A stretch of 64,000 nt of DNA from Acidobacteriota bacterium (GCA_963663035.1 OY760074.1:3520001-3584000), one strand, 5' to 3'; counted from the stretch's first letter, positions 10,082 through 20,542 are shown. Made by a program: numbers and translations. Notes: generated from the sequence alone by a model not told the origin.

Positions 10082-11929
10082 ATGCCCATTTTTCAAGATA
10101 ACCGCGATCTTCTCCATCGCCTCAACTGGCTTCGAATCTTTTTTGTCGTGATTTTCACCTGTCTTTTTACCCAATTGTGGTTCCTGTCGGTGCTCCAGTT
10201 TGAGCACTACGAAAACTTAGCGGAACGAAACCGTATTCGGACGCTACCTCAGATTGCCCCGCGAGGTCTCATCTATGATCGAGAGGATAGAGTTCTGGTT
10301 GACAACGTCTATGGCTTCAACCTTTTGCTTTTCCTGGATGAGCTCCGCGATCTGGACGGAACTATTCAGGTTCTGGTTGAGGGGCTGGATCTCACAGAGG
10401 AGGCTCTCCGGGAGCGGCTGAAGGAGGCCGGGAGTTATGGCATTTACCAACCGTTGGTGTTGAAGGAAAACCTTTCGATGGAGGAAACTGCCTACCTCCT
10501 TGCCCGCCAGTCAGACCATCCAGAACTGGAAATCCTGAAGCAACCTCGCCGGATTTATCGATACGGGAGCCTGGGCGCTCACATTGCAGGATACGTGGGT
10601 GAAATCTCGCGGCGTCAACTCCAGGACCCTGAATTTGCAGAAAATAGGGCTGGGGATGTCGTCGGTCAGTTTGGGGTGGAGCGGACCTATAACCGAGACC
10701 TGACAGGTCGTGACGGCCTACGGCGTGTGCTGGTGGACAGTCGTGGAAAGATTCTCCAGGATCTGGAGCAGATCGAGCCCATCCGAGGAACGGATCTGAC
10801 GCTGACCATTGATCTGGATATGCAGGCCATGGCAGAGACTCAACTGGGGGACAATGCGGGTGCAATCGTTGCCTTCCATGCGCGCACTGGCGAGATCCTG
10901 GTGATGGCCAGCCGACCCGCCTTTGATCCCAACCAGTTTGCTACCCGCATTTCCACGGTAGAGTGGGAGCAACTGCTGGAGAATCCTGATCACCCACTTC
11001 AGAACCGGACGATCCAAAACAGTTTTTCCCCGGGATCGACTTTCAAGATAATTCTGGCAGTGGCTGGACTCGAGCTTGGGATTATCGATGCCGAGACTTC
11101 AGTTTTTTGTGATGGTGGCATAGATCTCTACGGGAACCGCTTTCATTGCTGGAAAGAAGGGGGGCACGGACACGTCAGTTTACGGGAAGCGATTCAGCAT
11201 TCGTGCAACACCTACTTCTATGTTCTGGGACAAAAACTGGGCATCCAGGAGATTGCCAGCTTCAGTCGCCAATTGGGGCTGGGCGCCCCCCTGGGAATTG
11301 ATCTTCTGGGAGAGGCAGCTGGATTGGTTCCTTCAGAGGAGTGGAAAAGGCGGGTCACAGGAGAACCCTGGTATCCCGGTGAGACCATATCCTTGGCAAT
11401 CGGTCAGGGTCCGATACTGGTGACGCCGGTTCAAATTGCTCGCGCCGTGGGTATCATCGCAACAGGAGAAAGCCCCAGACTCCATCTGTTGAAAGGGGAA
11501 TCTCTCACCAGCTTGGCACCGGATCTGGGCTTTCAGCCCCCCGACTTGGCTCCGGAAAGCCTGCAAGCGGTCCGCGATGCGATGTGGAGTGTGGTCAATG
11601 AGGGAGGTACGGGTGCGGGTGCCCGGCTGGCCAATTTCCAGATCAGTGGAAAGACAGGAACTGCCCAAACGATCAGCCTTTCAACGCGTGAAAGTTTGTC
11701 CGAGAGTGAAGCTGAGAGTTTTGAGTCCAATGCCTGGTTTGTCGGTTTTGCTCCCAGAGACAACCCCGAAATCGTTGTCGCGGTCATTGTGCAAAGAGGG
11801 GGTTCAGGAGGAAGCGGAGCTGCCCCTTTGGCCAGGGAGGTTTTCAGAGTCTACTACGAGAAGCATAAAACCCGTGGGCCTGCCGGCCTGGAAGTTGCTT
11901 CACAAGGCCAGCCGGAGGAAACCTTGTGA
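10082..11929 (+). CDS. mrdA: Penicillin-binding protein 2
   Basis: PGSTFK, SCN and GKTGTAQ transpeptidase motifs. Confidence 0.97.
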   Translation: MPIFQDNRDLLHRLNWLRIFFVVIFTCLFTQLWFLSVLQFEHYENLAERNRIRTLPQIAPRGLIYDREDRVLVDNVYGFNLLLFLDELRDLDGTIQVLVEGLDLTEEALRERLKEAGSYGIYQPLVLKENLSMEETAYLLARQSDHPELEILKQPRRIYRYGSLGAHIAGYVGEISRRQLQDPEFAENRAGDVVGQFGVERTYNRDLTGRDGLRRVLVDSRGKILQDLEQIEPIRGTDLTLTIDLDMQAMAETQLGDNAGAIVAFHARTGEILVMASRPAFDPNQFATRISTVEWEQLLENPDHPLQNRTIQNSFSPGSTFKIILAVAGLELGIIDAETSVFCDGGIDLYGNRFHCWKEGGHGHVSLREAIQHSCNTYFYVLGQKLGIQEIASFSRQLGLGAPLGIDLLGEAAGLVPSEEWKRRVTGEPWYPGETISLAIGQGPILVTPVQIARAVGIIATGESPRLHLLKGESLTSLAPDLGFQPPDLAPESLQAVRDAMWSVVNEGGTGAGARLANFQISGKTGTAQTISLSTRESLSESEAESFESNAWFVGFAPRDNPEIVVAVIVQRGGSGGSGAAPLAREVFRVYYEKHKTRGPAGLEVASQGQPEETL

Positions 11930-13020
11930 AGTTTTCGGAACGAGGGATCCTCACACAATTCGATTACTCCCTCTTTTTGGGAGCCTTGCTTCTAACCCTG
12001 CTGGGAGCACTTGGAATCTATAATGCGAGTTCCGGAGGTGGGGACTACAGCATCTTCCTCCGCCACCTCTTGTGGATCGTCTTAGGAGTGAGAGTCTGTC
12101 TGTTTGTGATGTCCATCGATTATCACGTTCTGGCCGATCACGCCCTCCTTCTGTACGCTCTCTCGGCCTGCACCCTCATTGGAGTTCTCTTTTTCGGAAC
12201 TGAGATCAACGGGAGTAAGAGTTGGATCACTCTTGGCGGAGTGAGTTTCCAACCGTCGGAGTTAGCCAAACTCACCGTCATCCTCCTCCTGGCGCGCTAC
12301 CTGGGTGAACTCAATGAGAATCACCTGCGGCGCAAACATTTCCTCGTTCTCGCTGCCATCACTTTTCTGCCCATGATCCTGATCACCACCCAGGGCGATC
12401 TGGGGACTGCTCTCATGTATCTTCCCATTCTCTTTGGAATGATGGTGGTGTCAGGTGTCAAGAGGCGACTTCTTGTCAGTGTTCTGATTGCCTCCCTGTG
12501 CATCGTTCCCTTGAGCTGGTTTCTGTTGCAGGATTACCAGAAACAACGCATTCTGGCGACCTTTGATCCGGGACTGGATCCCCAGGGGATCGGTTATCAA
12601 TCCCGACAGTCTCAGATCGCCATCGGCTCGGGAGGCTTGTTTGGAAAGGGCCTTGGGCAGGGGTTGCAAAGCCAACTCGGATTTGTACCCGAGATCCATA
12701 CCGATTTTATCTTTGCCATCCTGGCGGAAGAAATCGGCTTTGTCGGTGCCATCATCATTTTGATGCTCTACTTGCTGATTCTGATGCGCTTGATTCGCAT
12801 TGCTGAGACCGCCCGTGATCGCGTCGGCATCCTGCTGATTACGGGGGTTGCATGCCTCATGTTTTTTCATGTGGGGATCAATGTGGGAATGACTCTTGGA
12901 ATCGTGCCTCCTATTGGTATTCCCCTTCCCCTGTTGAGTTATGGGGGATCCGCAACCGTCACCACCTTCGCTGCCCTGGGCCTGGCTCTGAGCGTCTATC
13001 AGCGGCGTTATTTCAATTAG
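11926..13020 (+). CDS. rodA: Peptidoglycan glycosyltransferase RodA
   Basis: FQPSELAK, TDFIF and LPLLSYGGS SEDS motifs. Confidence 0.96.
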   Translation: MKFSERGILTQFDYSLFLGALLLTLLGALGIYNASSGGGDYSIFLRHLLWIVLGVRVCLFVMSIDYHVLADHALLLYALSACTLIGVLFFGTEINGSKSWITLGGVSFQPSELAKLTVILLLARYLGELNENHLRRKHFLVLAAITFLPMILITTQGDLGTALMYLPILFGMMVVSGVKRRLLVSVLIASLCIVPLSWFLLQDYQKQRILATFDPGLDPQGIGYQSRQSQIAIGSGGLFGKGLGQGLQSQLGFVPEIHTDFIFAILAEEIGFVGAIIILMLYLLILMRLIRIAETARDRVGILLITGVACLMFFHVGINVGMTLGIVPPIGIPLPLLSYGGSATVTTFAALGLALSVYQRRYFN

Positions 13021-13561
13021 GGGACGCCTACCACAATTCCCTTGTAACGGCTGCACTTTACAGCATCTGGGCTCAATCGCTATAATAGTCCCTGTAATGA
13101 TTAGTACCTTCAATACTTTTAGAAGTTTTATGTAAGGCTGTTTTTTAAGCTGTATTTTAAATAAAAGTTTTATTTTCAACGATTTGGAGAAGCTTTTGGG
13201 ACGGCAGGCCGACGCAAAAAGACTAGCCTGCCTCGCTCACAAATGATCGATTACACTGGTGGAACCGTCTGCCGACAATGCGTTGCCCATGGGCGCTTGA
13301 CAGCACGACTGCAGTGGCCTCGGGGTATCCGCTTGCGGGTCGCGCGCCTTGTCAGATAGCTGTTTCTGCCCGTGTCTATGGAAGAGAGTTTTCGTGTCAA
13401 GTAGTTTTCGATATCTATTGCCCGCCCTTTCGAGCTGCCAGCGGAAATGAGATGATCTAGCCTCTTGAGGCCCATCTGCCGCTTGACGAAAAGGACTCTT
13501 CCTCCCTCCCAGCTTCTCCAGGTTGAACAGAAAGGCGAATGCGCAACACCTGGAAAGGACC

Positions 13562-15421
13562 ATGTCAAAAGAATTATTAATTACATCGACGAGTGTAGAA
13601 ACCAAGCTCGCCATCCTGGAAGACGATCAGGTCACTGAACTCTTCATTGAACGAGCTAAGAATAAGAGAATCCTGGGGAACATTTATAAAGGAAAGGTGA
13701 CCCGAGTGCTGCCGGGGATGCAGGCAGCCTTTGTAGATATCGGCCTGGGTCGGGACACTTTCCTCTATGTCTCGGATTTTTCCGAGGACTACGAGGAATA
13801 TGAGGAGCTTTTCGAAGACGAAAAGGAAGACCTTAGGGGACCACGCCAGGACGGCTCCCCTAAAGCGTCAGCTGACTCCGACCTGGCCTCACCCCAACTC
13901 CCGGTTCCAGAGCCGGCAGCAGAAGTTGGACAGATCCTGCCACAGAATCTGGAGATCCCGGTGAGCTCCATCTCTCAGCAGACAGCTGGGAGCAGCGGAG
14001 GTGACTGGCCGGCTCACAATGAGGAACAGGGTCCTCACATCATGCCCCGCTTCCTGCAGCCCATCGTGGAGCATCAGACCGGGGGTCTTCCTGAAGAGAG
14101 ACCGTCCCCTCAAACAGCTCTCCTGGAAGAGAAAGCCGATCTGCCTCAGGTCGAGTCGTCTCGCAACTCCCGTAAACCCAGGCGGAAAAACTCCAATCAC
14201 CGCAACGGGCAGGCGTTGATCGGTGACCTCCTGCAAAAAGGACAGGAAATATTGGTTCAGGTGGCTAAAGAGCCCATCGGTAAAAAAGGGGCTCGTATTA
14301 CCTCTCATAGCGTCTTGCCCGGACGTTACCTGGTTTTTATGCCGACCGTTGAACACGTTGGGGTGTCCAGAAGAATTGTGCGTGACACAGAGCGTAAACG
14401 CCTCAGAGACATGATTGTCAAGCTGCGCGGCGATTCCGAAAAAGGGTTCATTGTGCGAACGGTGGGAGAAAATCATGCTGAAGCAGATTTTCGCAAAGAC
14501 CTGCTCTATCTCACCAGGCTGTGGGAGGATATCCGTCGGAAGGCGGAGAAAAGCTCGGCTCCAGCCCTGGTCTATGCGGAACCCAGCTTGAGTCAACGGG
14601 TGGTGCGGGACCACTTCTCCAAAGATTACCGGGCCATTCGTGTGGACGATGAGGAGGAGTACACAAGGATTGTCGATTTTGTTAATCAATTCAATCCCGA
14701 GCTGGTTCAGCGAGTGCGCCTCTATAAGAAGAAGAAACCACTCTTTGATGCCTACCAGGTGACAACTGAGATTGAGAAGGCCTTGCGGCAAAAGGTCTGG
14801 CTCAAGAACGGCCGCTACATCGTCATCAATCAGACCGAGGCTCTGGTGGCGATTGATGTCAATACCGGTCGGTTCGTGGGAAACACCAGTTCCCTGGAAG
14901 ATACAATCACCAAAACGAATCTGGATGCAGTCAAAGAGATCGTTCGTCAGATTCGTCTTCGTGATCTGGGGGGGATCATTGTCATCGATTTTATTGACAT
15001 GGACGAGAAGAAGAATCGCCAGAAAGTCATGAGTGCGCTCCAGACGGAGTTGGATAAGGACAAATCACCTTCCAGGATGCTCGAAGTCAACGAGTTTGGA
15101 TTGGTGGCAATCACCCGAAAGCGAGTCAAGCAGTCGCTGGAGAGACTGCTGTGCCAGCCCTGCACGACCTGCCAGGGAACCGGTATGACAAGATCAGTGC
15201 GGACGGTTTGCTACTCCATTCACGAGCAAGTTCAAAAGATGATCTCCGGTTTGGGGGACAGCCAGGAACTCATGATTCGCTGCCATCCAGATGTCGGTAA
15301 GGCACTCCGGGGCGGCGAAAAAGGAGTGATGAGGGAGATGGAAGAGATGACCGGCAAAGCCGTTTCCGTTCAACCCGATCCCCTGATGCACATCGAACAC
15401 TTCGATGTCATCGAAATGTAA
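13562..15421 (+). CDS. Rne/Rng family ribonuclease
   Basis: GNIYKGKV..VLPGMQAAFVDIG, IDVNTG, GGIIVIDFIDM and CTTC Zn-link; start MSKELLI at 13562 after GAAAGGA. Confidence 0.95.
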   Translation: MSKELLITSTSVETKLAILEDDQVTELFIERAKNKRILGNIYKGKVTRVLPGMQAAFVDIGLGRDTFLYVSDFSEDYEEYEELFEDEKEDLRGPRQDGSPKASADSDLASPQLPVPEPAAEVGQILPQNLEIPVSSISQQTAGSSGGDWPAHNEEQGPHIMPRFLQPIVEHQTGGLPEERPSPQTALLEEKADLPQVESSRNSRKPRRKNSNHRNGQALIGDLLQKGQEILVQVAKEPIGKKGARITSHSVLPGRYLVFMPTVEHVGVSRRIVRDTERKRLRDMIVKLRGDSEKGFIVRTVGENHAEADFRKDLLYLTRLWEDIRRKAEKSSAPALVYAEPSLSQRVVRDHFSKDYRAIRVDDEEEYTRIVDFVNQFNPELVQRVRLYKKKKPLFDAYQVTTEIEKALRQKVWLKNGRYIVINQTEALVAIDVNTGRFVGNTSSLEDTITKTNLDAVKEIVRQIRLRDLGGIIVIDFIDMDEKKNRQKVMSALQTELDKDKSPSRMLEVNEFGLVAITRKRVKQSLERLLCQPCTTCQGTGMTRSVRTVCYSIHEQVQKMISGLGDSQELMIRCHPDVGKALRGGEKGVMREMEEMTGKAVSVQPDPLMHIEHFDVIEM

Positions 15422-15444
15422 AACAAGAGACTCTTCCTTCACCA

Positions 15445-16245
15445 TTGGGAAACTACTTTCAGAAACTACTGGACCTGATGGATACTCTGCGGGGACCGGA
15501 GGGTTGCCCCTGGGATCAGGAGCAGACCCGAGAGACACTGAAGCCCCTGCTGGTGGAAGAAGCTTTCGAAGTTCTGGAGGCTCTGGATGGATCGGACTCA
15601 GCTGAGTTATGTGAAGAATTGGGAGATCTGCTCTTCCAAGTGATTTTTCACAGCCGCATTGCCAAGGAGAAGGGAGAGTTTGATATCCACGACGTGTGTC
15701 GCAGAAGCTACGAAAAGATGGTTCATCGCCACCCTCACGTTTTTGGAGAGGAGTCTTTCCGGGATTCTCGCGAACTGTTGAGACAATGGGAGGATATCAA
15801 GACCGCTGAAAGGAAATCTGCCGGGCTGGAAACGACTCGGGAGTCCATACTGGATGGAATTCCAGAAAATATTCCAGCTCTGTACGCCACTTATCAGATG
15901 TCTTCAAAGGCGGCTCGGGTTGGATTTGATTGGAACGGTATCGAGGAGATCCGCGATAAGGTCCTGGAGGAGTTTGAAGAGCTTCAGGATGCGCTCCAAG
16001 GGGGAGAGGAGAATGAGATCCGGGAAGAGGTAGGTGACCTGCTTTTCGCCGCTCTCAACATTGCTCGTTATCTTCAAATTGATCCTGAAACGGCACTCAC
16101 CCGGGCCAATCGAAAATTCTCAGCACGCTTTAAGACAATGGAAAAGCACTTTACCTCTCAGGGGAGAGCTCTCAAAGAGATTTCTGTGGAAGAAATGGAA
16201 GCCTTTTGGAAAAATCAAAAAAGAACAGGGGAAGAACATGGATGA
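15445..16245 (+). CDS. mazG: Nucleoside triphosphate pyrophosphohydrolase MazG
   Basis: GCPWDQEQT, EELGDLL, HPHVFG; tandem MazG domains. Confidence 0.95.
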   Translation: MGNYFQKLLDLMDTLRGPEGCPWDQEQTRETLKPLLVEEAFEVLEALDGSDSAELCEELGDLLFQVIFHSRIAKEKGEFDIHDVCRRSYEKMVHRHPHVFGEESFRDSRELLRQWEDIKTAERKSAGLETTRESILDGIPENIPALYATYQMSSKAARVGFDWNGIEEIRDKVLEEFEELQDALQGGEENEIREEVGDLLFAALNIARYLQIDPETALTRANRKFSARFKTMEKHFTSQGRALKEISVEEMEAFWKNQKRTGEEHG

Positions 16246-16885
16246 CGAAAGAGAAGAACAGCAGCAGAGCGGATTCAAGGTGACCGATCGTCGCCAGTTT
16301 ACTTCCGAAGGGGAGACCCGCGAGGAGGATCCACAGCAGCCAGCTCCCCAGGAGCAAGAGCCTGCTCCCCAGGAGCAAGAGCCTGCTCCCCAGGAGCAAG
16401 AGCCTGCTCCCCAGGAGCAAGAGCCTGCTCCCCAGGAGCAAGAGCCTGCTCCCCAGGAGCAAGAGCCTGCTCCCCAAGAGCAACAGCCTGCTCCCCAAGA
16501 GCAACAGCCTGCTCCCCAAGAGCAACAGCCTGCTCCCCAAGAGCAACAGCCTGCTCCCCAAGAGCAACAGCCTGCTGCGGAAGCCAGTCAGGAAGAGGAA
16601 GCCTCGCAAGCCTCCCCACAGGACTCGTCAAGGTCAGTGGATTTTGCCTCTTTTCTTCTCTCCCTTGCCACCACCGGGATGGTCCATCTGGGGGAGATCC
16701 CCGAACCCAGTACGGGACAGAAATCCGAAGACCTGGAAGGGGCGCGTCAGATGATCGAGATCCTGGACATCATGAAGGTAAAGACAGAGGGAAACCTGTC
16801 AGGCGAGGAATCCAAGTTGCTGGAGAACTTGCTGTATGAACTGCGCATGAAGTTCCTGAGTAAATCCAAAGCCGTGGAGCTCTGA
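16238..16885 (+). CDS. DUF1844-family protein with Pro/Gln/Glu repeat linker
   Basis: FKVTDRR N-terminal motif and IL..KTEGNL..EE..LL..LLYELRMKF C-terminus; ATG at 16238. Confidence 0.8.
   Translation: MDDEREEQQQSGFKVTDRRQFTSEGETREEDPQQPAPQEQEPAPQEQEPAPQEQEPAPQEQEPAPQEQEPAPQEQEPAPQEQQPAPQEQQPAPQEQQPAPQEQQPAPQEQQPAAEASQEEEASQASPQDSSRSVDFASFLLSLATTGMVHLGEIPEPSTGQKSEDLEGARQMIEILDIMKVKTEGNLSGEESKLLENLLYELRMKFLSKSKAVEL
16340..16576 (+). repeat. 21-bp tandem repeat, 11 units: (PAPQEQE)6(PAPQEQQ)5
   Basis: CCTGCTCCCCAGGAGCAAGAG x6 (first unit one mismatch) then CCTGCTCCCCAAGAGCAACAG x5. Confidence 0.98.
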
Positions 16886-17640
16886 TGCGGGTCATCTTCC
16901 TAGGGACTGGAACTTCACGTGGAATTCCGACCGTGGGCTGTGACTGTAGAGTCTGCACATCCTCCAATCCTAAGAACAAGCGGCTGCGCTCTTCGATTTT
17001 AATCGAAGGTGAGGCCAACGTGGTGATTGATACATCTGTAGACTTTCGTGCCCAGATGCTGCGACAGAATGTGAAGCATGTGGATGCCGTCCTCTATACT
17101 CATTCCCACGCCGATCATATTCTGGGCCTGGATGATGTTTACCCCTTCAATCTGTGGTCCAAAAGAACCACCCGGCTCTATGCCAGCCCGGCAACCCTCA
17201 AGGAGGTGAAGATTACCTTCCGGCACCTGTTTAAGGGAGAGTTTCGATCGGGTGTCCCCTGTGTGGAATTGATTCCGATTGAGGGTCATTTTCGGATCGG
17301 GGATCTGGATTTTGAACCGGTGGAAGTCCTGCACGGTGATCTGCCGGTTCTGGGATTTCGGGTGGGCAGCTTCGCCTATGTGACGGATGTCAGCTTTATC
17401 CCGGAGAAGAGCCTTGAGCAACTGAAGGGACTCGAATGCCTGGTGCTGGACGGCCTTCGCTACGACAGTCATCCCAAACATTTCAGCCTTTCTGAAGCAG
17501 CTGAAATGGCGCAGAGACTGGGTGCCGGGAAAACCTATTTAGTGCATATGAATCACGATGTCGACCATGACGAGGGAAATGCCTGTTTACCCGCATCGGT
17601 GAGGTTGGCTTACGACGGTCAGATACTGGAGATTGCCTAA
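16885..17640 (+). CDS. MBL-fold metallo-hydrolase (PhnP-like phosphodiesterase)
   Basis: LGTGTS.G.P..GC.C.VC and THSHADH motifs. Confidence 0.9.
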   Translation: MRVIFLGTGTSRGIPTVGCDCRVCTSSNPKNKRLRSSILIEGEANVVIDTSVDFRAQMLRQNVKHVDAVLYTHSHADHILGLDDVYPFNLWSKRTTRLYASPATLKEVKITFRHLFKGEFRSGVPCVELIPIEGHFRIGDLDFEPVEVLHGDLPVLGFRVGSFAYVTDVSFIPEKSLEQLKGLECLVLDGLRYDSHPKHFSLSEAAEMAQRLGAGKTYLVHMNHDVDHDEGNACLPASVRLAYDGQILEIA

Positions 17641-17646
17641 CCCGTC

Positions 17647-18612
17647 ATGCAAATCATCCATGATCTGACCCAGTTTCCTCGATCTTTGAACTTTCCAATC
17701 ATGACCATCGGTGTCTTCGATGGAGTTCATCGTGGACATCAGGTGATCCTCGAGCAGTTAGTGAAGCGAGCAGGAGAAAAGAAAGGGACGTCGATTCTAC
17801 TGACCTTTTCCCCTCACCCCCAGAAGATCATTTCTCCCAACGACGCGCCTCCTCTTCTTCAAACAGAACTTCAGAAAGAAAAGATGCTGGAAGAGTTCGA
17901 ACTGGACTTGATCGTGTGCCTGCCCTTTACTCGAAAGCTTTCTCTTCACACTCCGGCAGACTTTGCGCGCCAGATCTTGCATAATCACGGGATCCGCGAA
18001 ATTCATGTTGGGAGCAATTTTCGCTTTGGCCACCGGCGCGCCGGAGACATAGAAACTCTCAGGTCCCTGGGAGAGGAGTTCCAGTTCGAGGTTCACGAGA
18101 TCGAACCCGTTTACTTGCGTGGCACCCGCATCAGCAGCAGTTACATTCGGGATCTGCTGAGAAAGGGAAGAGTGGCTCTGGCCAAGCGTTTGCTCAAACG
18201 CCCCTACCAGATACAGGGTCTTGTGGTGCGCGGGTCAGGGAAGGGAGTGGAACTGGGATTTCCAACTGCCAATCTGGAACTGGAAAATGAACTTATTCCT
18301 GCCAACGGAGTTTATGCGACCCGGGTTCATCTCGATGGGCAGATCTACCCCAGTGTCACCAATGTGGGACATCGCCCCACCGTGCATGAGGGGACCAGCG
18401 GTGCTCCCGTCGTGGAACCTCATCTGCTGGACTTCCAGGAGGATATTTACGGTAGACAGATGAAGCTGGATTTCTGTTTTCGTCTCAGAGCGGAGAAGAA
18501 GTTTGAAAGTATCGGCAAGCTTCAAGAACAGATCGCCAGGGATGTAGCTGCAACCCGCAAGTATCTGAAGCGCATCAAAGACAGGGGTTTAGGAGGGAAC
18601 AGTGCCCATTAG
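17647..18612 (+). CDS. ribF: Bifunctional riboflavin kinase / FAD synthetase
   Basis: IGVFDGVHRGHQ, ISSS.IR and LGFPTAN motifs. Confidence 0.96.
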   Translation: MQIIHDLTQFPRSLNFPIMTIGVFDGVHRGHQVILEQLVKRAGEKKGTSILLTFSPHPQKIISPNDAPPLLQTELQKEKMLEEFELDLIVCLPFTRKLSLHTPADFARQILHNHGIREIHVGSNFRFGHRRAGDIETLRSLGEEFQFEVHEIEPVYLRGTRISSSYIRDLLRKGRVALAKRLLKRPYQIQGLVVRGSGKGVELGFPTANLELENELIPANGVYATRVHLDGQIYPSVTNVGHRPTVHEGTSGAPVVEPHLLDFQEDIYGRQMKLDFCFRLRAEKKFESIGKLQEQIARDVAATRKYLKRIKDRGLGGNSAH

Positions 18613-18901
18613 CACCGCAGAAGTTGAGAAGATTGCCGAGCTGGCCAAATTGAAGTTCGATTCCCAGGAGTTGGAACGATTTGTCGACCAGTTCCAGGAG
18701 ATCCTGGAGTACATTGCCAAGCTGGAGGCGGTGCCGACTGAGGAGGTGGAACCCACCTATCAAGCTCTTGGCCAGGAGGAGGACCTGGCCACACCCACCC
18801 GAGAGGATGAGGTTAAGCCTTGCTTTCCCGTGGAGACGGCCCTGGCCAATGCGCCGGACTCCAGTGAAGACCATTTTCGCGTCCCTCCGGTGATTGAATA
18901 G
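18602..18901 (+). CDS. gatC: Asp/Glu-tRNA amidotransferase subunit C
   Basis: VEKIAELAKL, REDEV and LANAP...FRVP motifs; upstream of gatA. Confidence 0.93.
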   Translation: MPISTAEVEKIAELAKLKFDSQELERFVDQFQEILEYIAKLEAVPTEEVEPTYQALGQEEDLATPTREDEVKPCFPVETALANAPDSSEDHFRVPPVIE

Positions 18902-19065
18902 TGTCTCGTCCCATGAATAGCATGACGTTTGTGGCGAGCGCGACGGCATCGATTTCTTTGTCGCTCCTCCTCCACGATGTCACAGACATCGCGTCGTCGT
19001 CGCTTCGCGAACTCGACGCCGTCGCGCTCGCCACAAACGTCATGCTATTCATGGGACGAGACACT
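18901..19065 (+). mobile_element. MITE-like element with 47-48 bp perfect terminal inverted repeats between gatC and gatA
   Basis: 18901-18947 is the exact reverse complement of 19018-19064; TA on both sides; no transposase. Confidence 0.8.
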
Positions 19066-19069
19066 TAAG

Positions 19070-20542
19070 ATGAGCGAGCTTTGCCAGCTTTCCATCCGAG
19101 AACTCCGCCAGCGAATCCAGGACGGGGATTCATCAGTCACAGAAATCACCCAGAGCTTTTTGGATCGGATCCAGCTGTGCGACGAGAAGGTCAAGGCGTT
19201 CTTGACTCTCGAGCCGGAGTCGGTTCTCGCCCAGGCCGAAAAGCTGGATCAAGAGCTTGCTGAGGGGAAGTCCGGAAACGGACTTCTCACGGGAATCCCC
19301 ATTGCCATCAAGGACAATATGGTCACCCAGGGCGTTCGAACCACCTGCGCTTCCCGCATTCTGGAGAACTATATCCCTCCCTATGATGCCACCGTGATTG
19401 GAAAGCTGACTCAAAATGGAGCTGTTCTGATAGGAAAGACCAATTGTGACGAATTTTCCATGGGCTCCAGTACGGAAAACTCCGCTTTTTTTCCGACCTG
19501 CAATCCATGGGATCTGGAACGGGTTCCCGGGGGATCAAGCGGAGGTTCAGCTGCAGCGGTGGCTGCCAGGGAAGTGCCAGGGGCGCTGGGCAGTGATACG
19601 GGAGGCTCGATCCGCCAGCCGGCGGCATTCTGCGGAATCGTGGGTCTCAAGCCCACCTATGGCCGGGTGTCTCGCTACGGTCTGGTTGCCTTTGCTTCCT
19701 CTCTTGACCAGATTGGTCCGCTGGGTAGCAGCGTCTATGATGTGGCCATCCTGCTTCAGGCAATCGCCGGAGCGGATCCCAATGATTCCACTTCGGTTGC
19801 GCGTCCCGTGGAAAACTATCTGAGCGAGCTCGACCAGAACAAGGATGTCAAAGGTCTCAAGATAGGAGTCCCCAAGGAGTGGTTCGGATCCGCCCTGGAT
19901 CCACAGATCGAGCAGAGCATTCAAGCGGCTCTCCAGAAGCTGGAAGGACTGGGGTGTCCAGTGGTCGAGGTCAGTATGCCCCAGACAGAGTACGCCATCA
20001 GCACCTATTACATCATCGCTCCCGCTGAGGCCAGTTCGAACCTGGCGCGCTATGATGGGGTCAAGTACGGGCACCGTAGTGCCGGTCAGGAAGACCTTGA
20101 GAGTATGTTCAAGTTTACCCGCAGTGAGGGGTTCGGTGAAGAGGTCAAGCGACGGATCATGATCGGGACTTACGTTCTGAGTTCCGGTTACTATGATGCT
20201 TATTTTTTAAAGGCCGGCAAGGTTCGAACTCTTTTGAAAAACGATTATCTGGAAGCCTTCAAGAAGGTGGATTTCCTGGTGGGACCCACCACTCCTTCAC
20301 TTCCTTTCAAGATGGGAGAGAAGAAGACCGATCCGCTGGAGATGTATCTGACCGACATCTACACCGTGACGGCCAATCTGGCTGGCATCCCGGGTCTGTC
20401 CATGCCCTGTGGCTTCAGCCAGGAGGGCCTTCCCATCGGCCTGCAAATCCAGGCTCCTCACTTTCAGGAAGCAAAGCTCCTGCGTCTGGCTCATGCCTTG
20501 GAAGAAGCACTGGACGTCCAAAAACCGGCTCTAGCAGTGTGA
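19070..20542 (+). CDS. gatA: Asp/Glu-tRNA amidotransferase subunit A
   Basis: GGSSGGS and [11 protein letters not shown] amidase signature; NLARYDG; start MSELCQL at 19070. Confidence 0.97.
   Translation: MSELCQLSIRELRQRIQDGDSSVTEITQSFLDRIQLCDEKVKAFLTLEPESVLAQAEKLDQELAEGKSGNGLLTGIPIAIKDNMVTQGVRTTCASRILENYIPPYDATVIGKLTQNGAVLIGKTNCDEFSMGSSTENSAFFPTCNPWDLERVPGGSSGGSAAAVAAREVPGALGSDTGGSIRQPAAFCGIVGLKPTYGRVSRYGLVAFASSLDQIGPLGSSVYDVAILLQAIAGADPNDSTSVARPVENYLSELDQNKDVKGLKIGVPKEWFGSALDPQIEQSIQAALQKLEGLGCPVVEVSMPQTEYAISTYYIIAPAEASSNLARYDGVKYGHRSAGQEDLESMFKFTRSEGFGEEVKRRIMIGTYVLSSGYYDAYFLKAGKVRTLLKNDYLEAFKKVDFLVGPTTPSLPFKMGEKKTDPLEMYLTDIYTVTANLAGIPGLSMPCGFSQEGLPIGLQIQAPHFQEAKLLRLAHALEEALDVQKPALAV

Noticed and set aside
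13889-14791. Long antisense ORFs such as 13889-14791, 12451-13179, 26597-27391 and 33398-34126
   Set aside because: They shadow well-supported genes on the other strand and have no recognisable motifs.
16340-16576. Possible CRISPR array
   Set aside because: Units are contiguous with no unique spacers, in frame within a CDS, and no cas genes are present.
18929-19069. N-terminal extension of GatA and antisense ORF 18575-18949
   Set aside because: Both read through the inverted repeat, giving the same [14 protein letters not shown] peptide on each strand; artefacts of the element.
18602-20542. Missing gatB after gatCA
   Set aside because: Split gat loci are common; gatB can lie outside the window.
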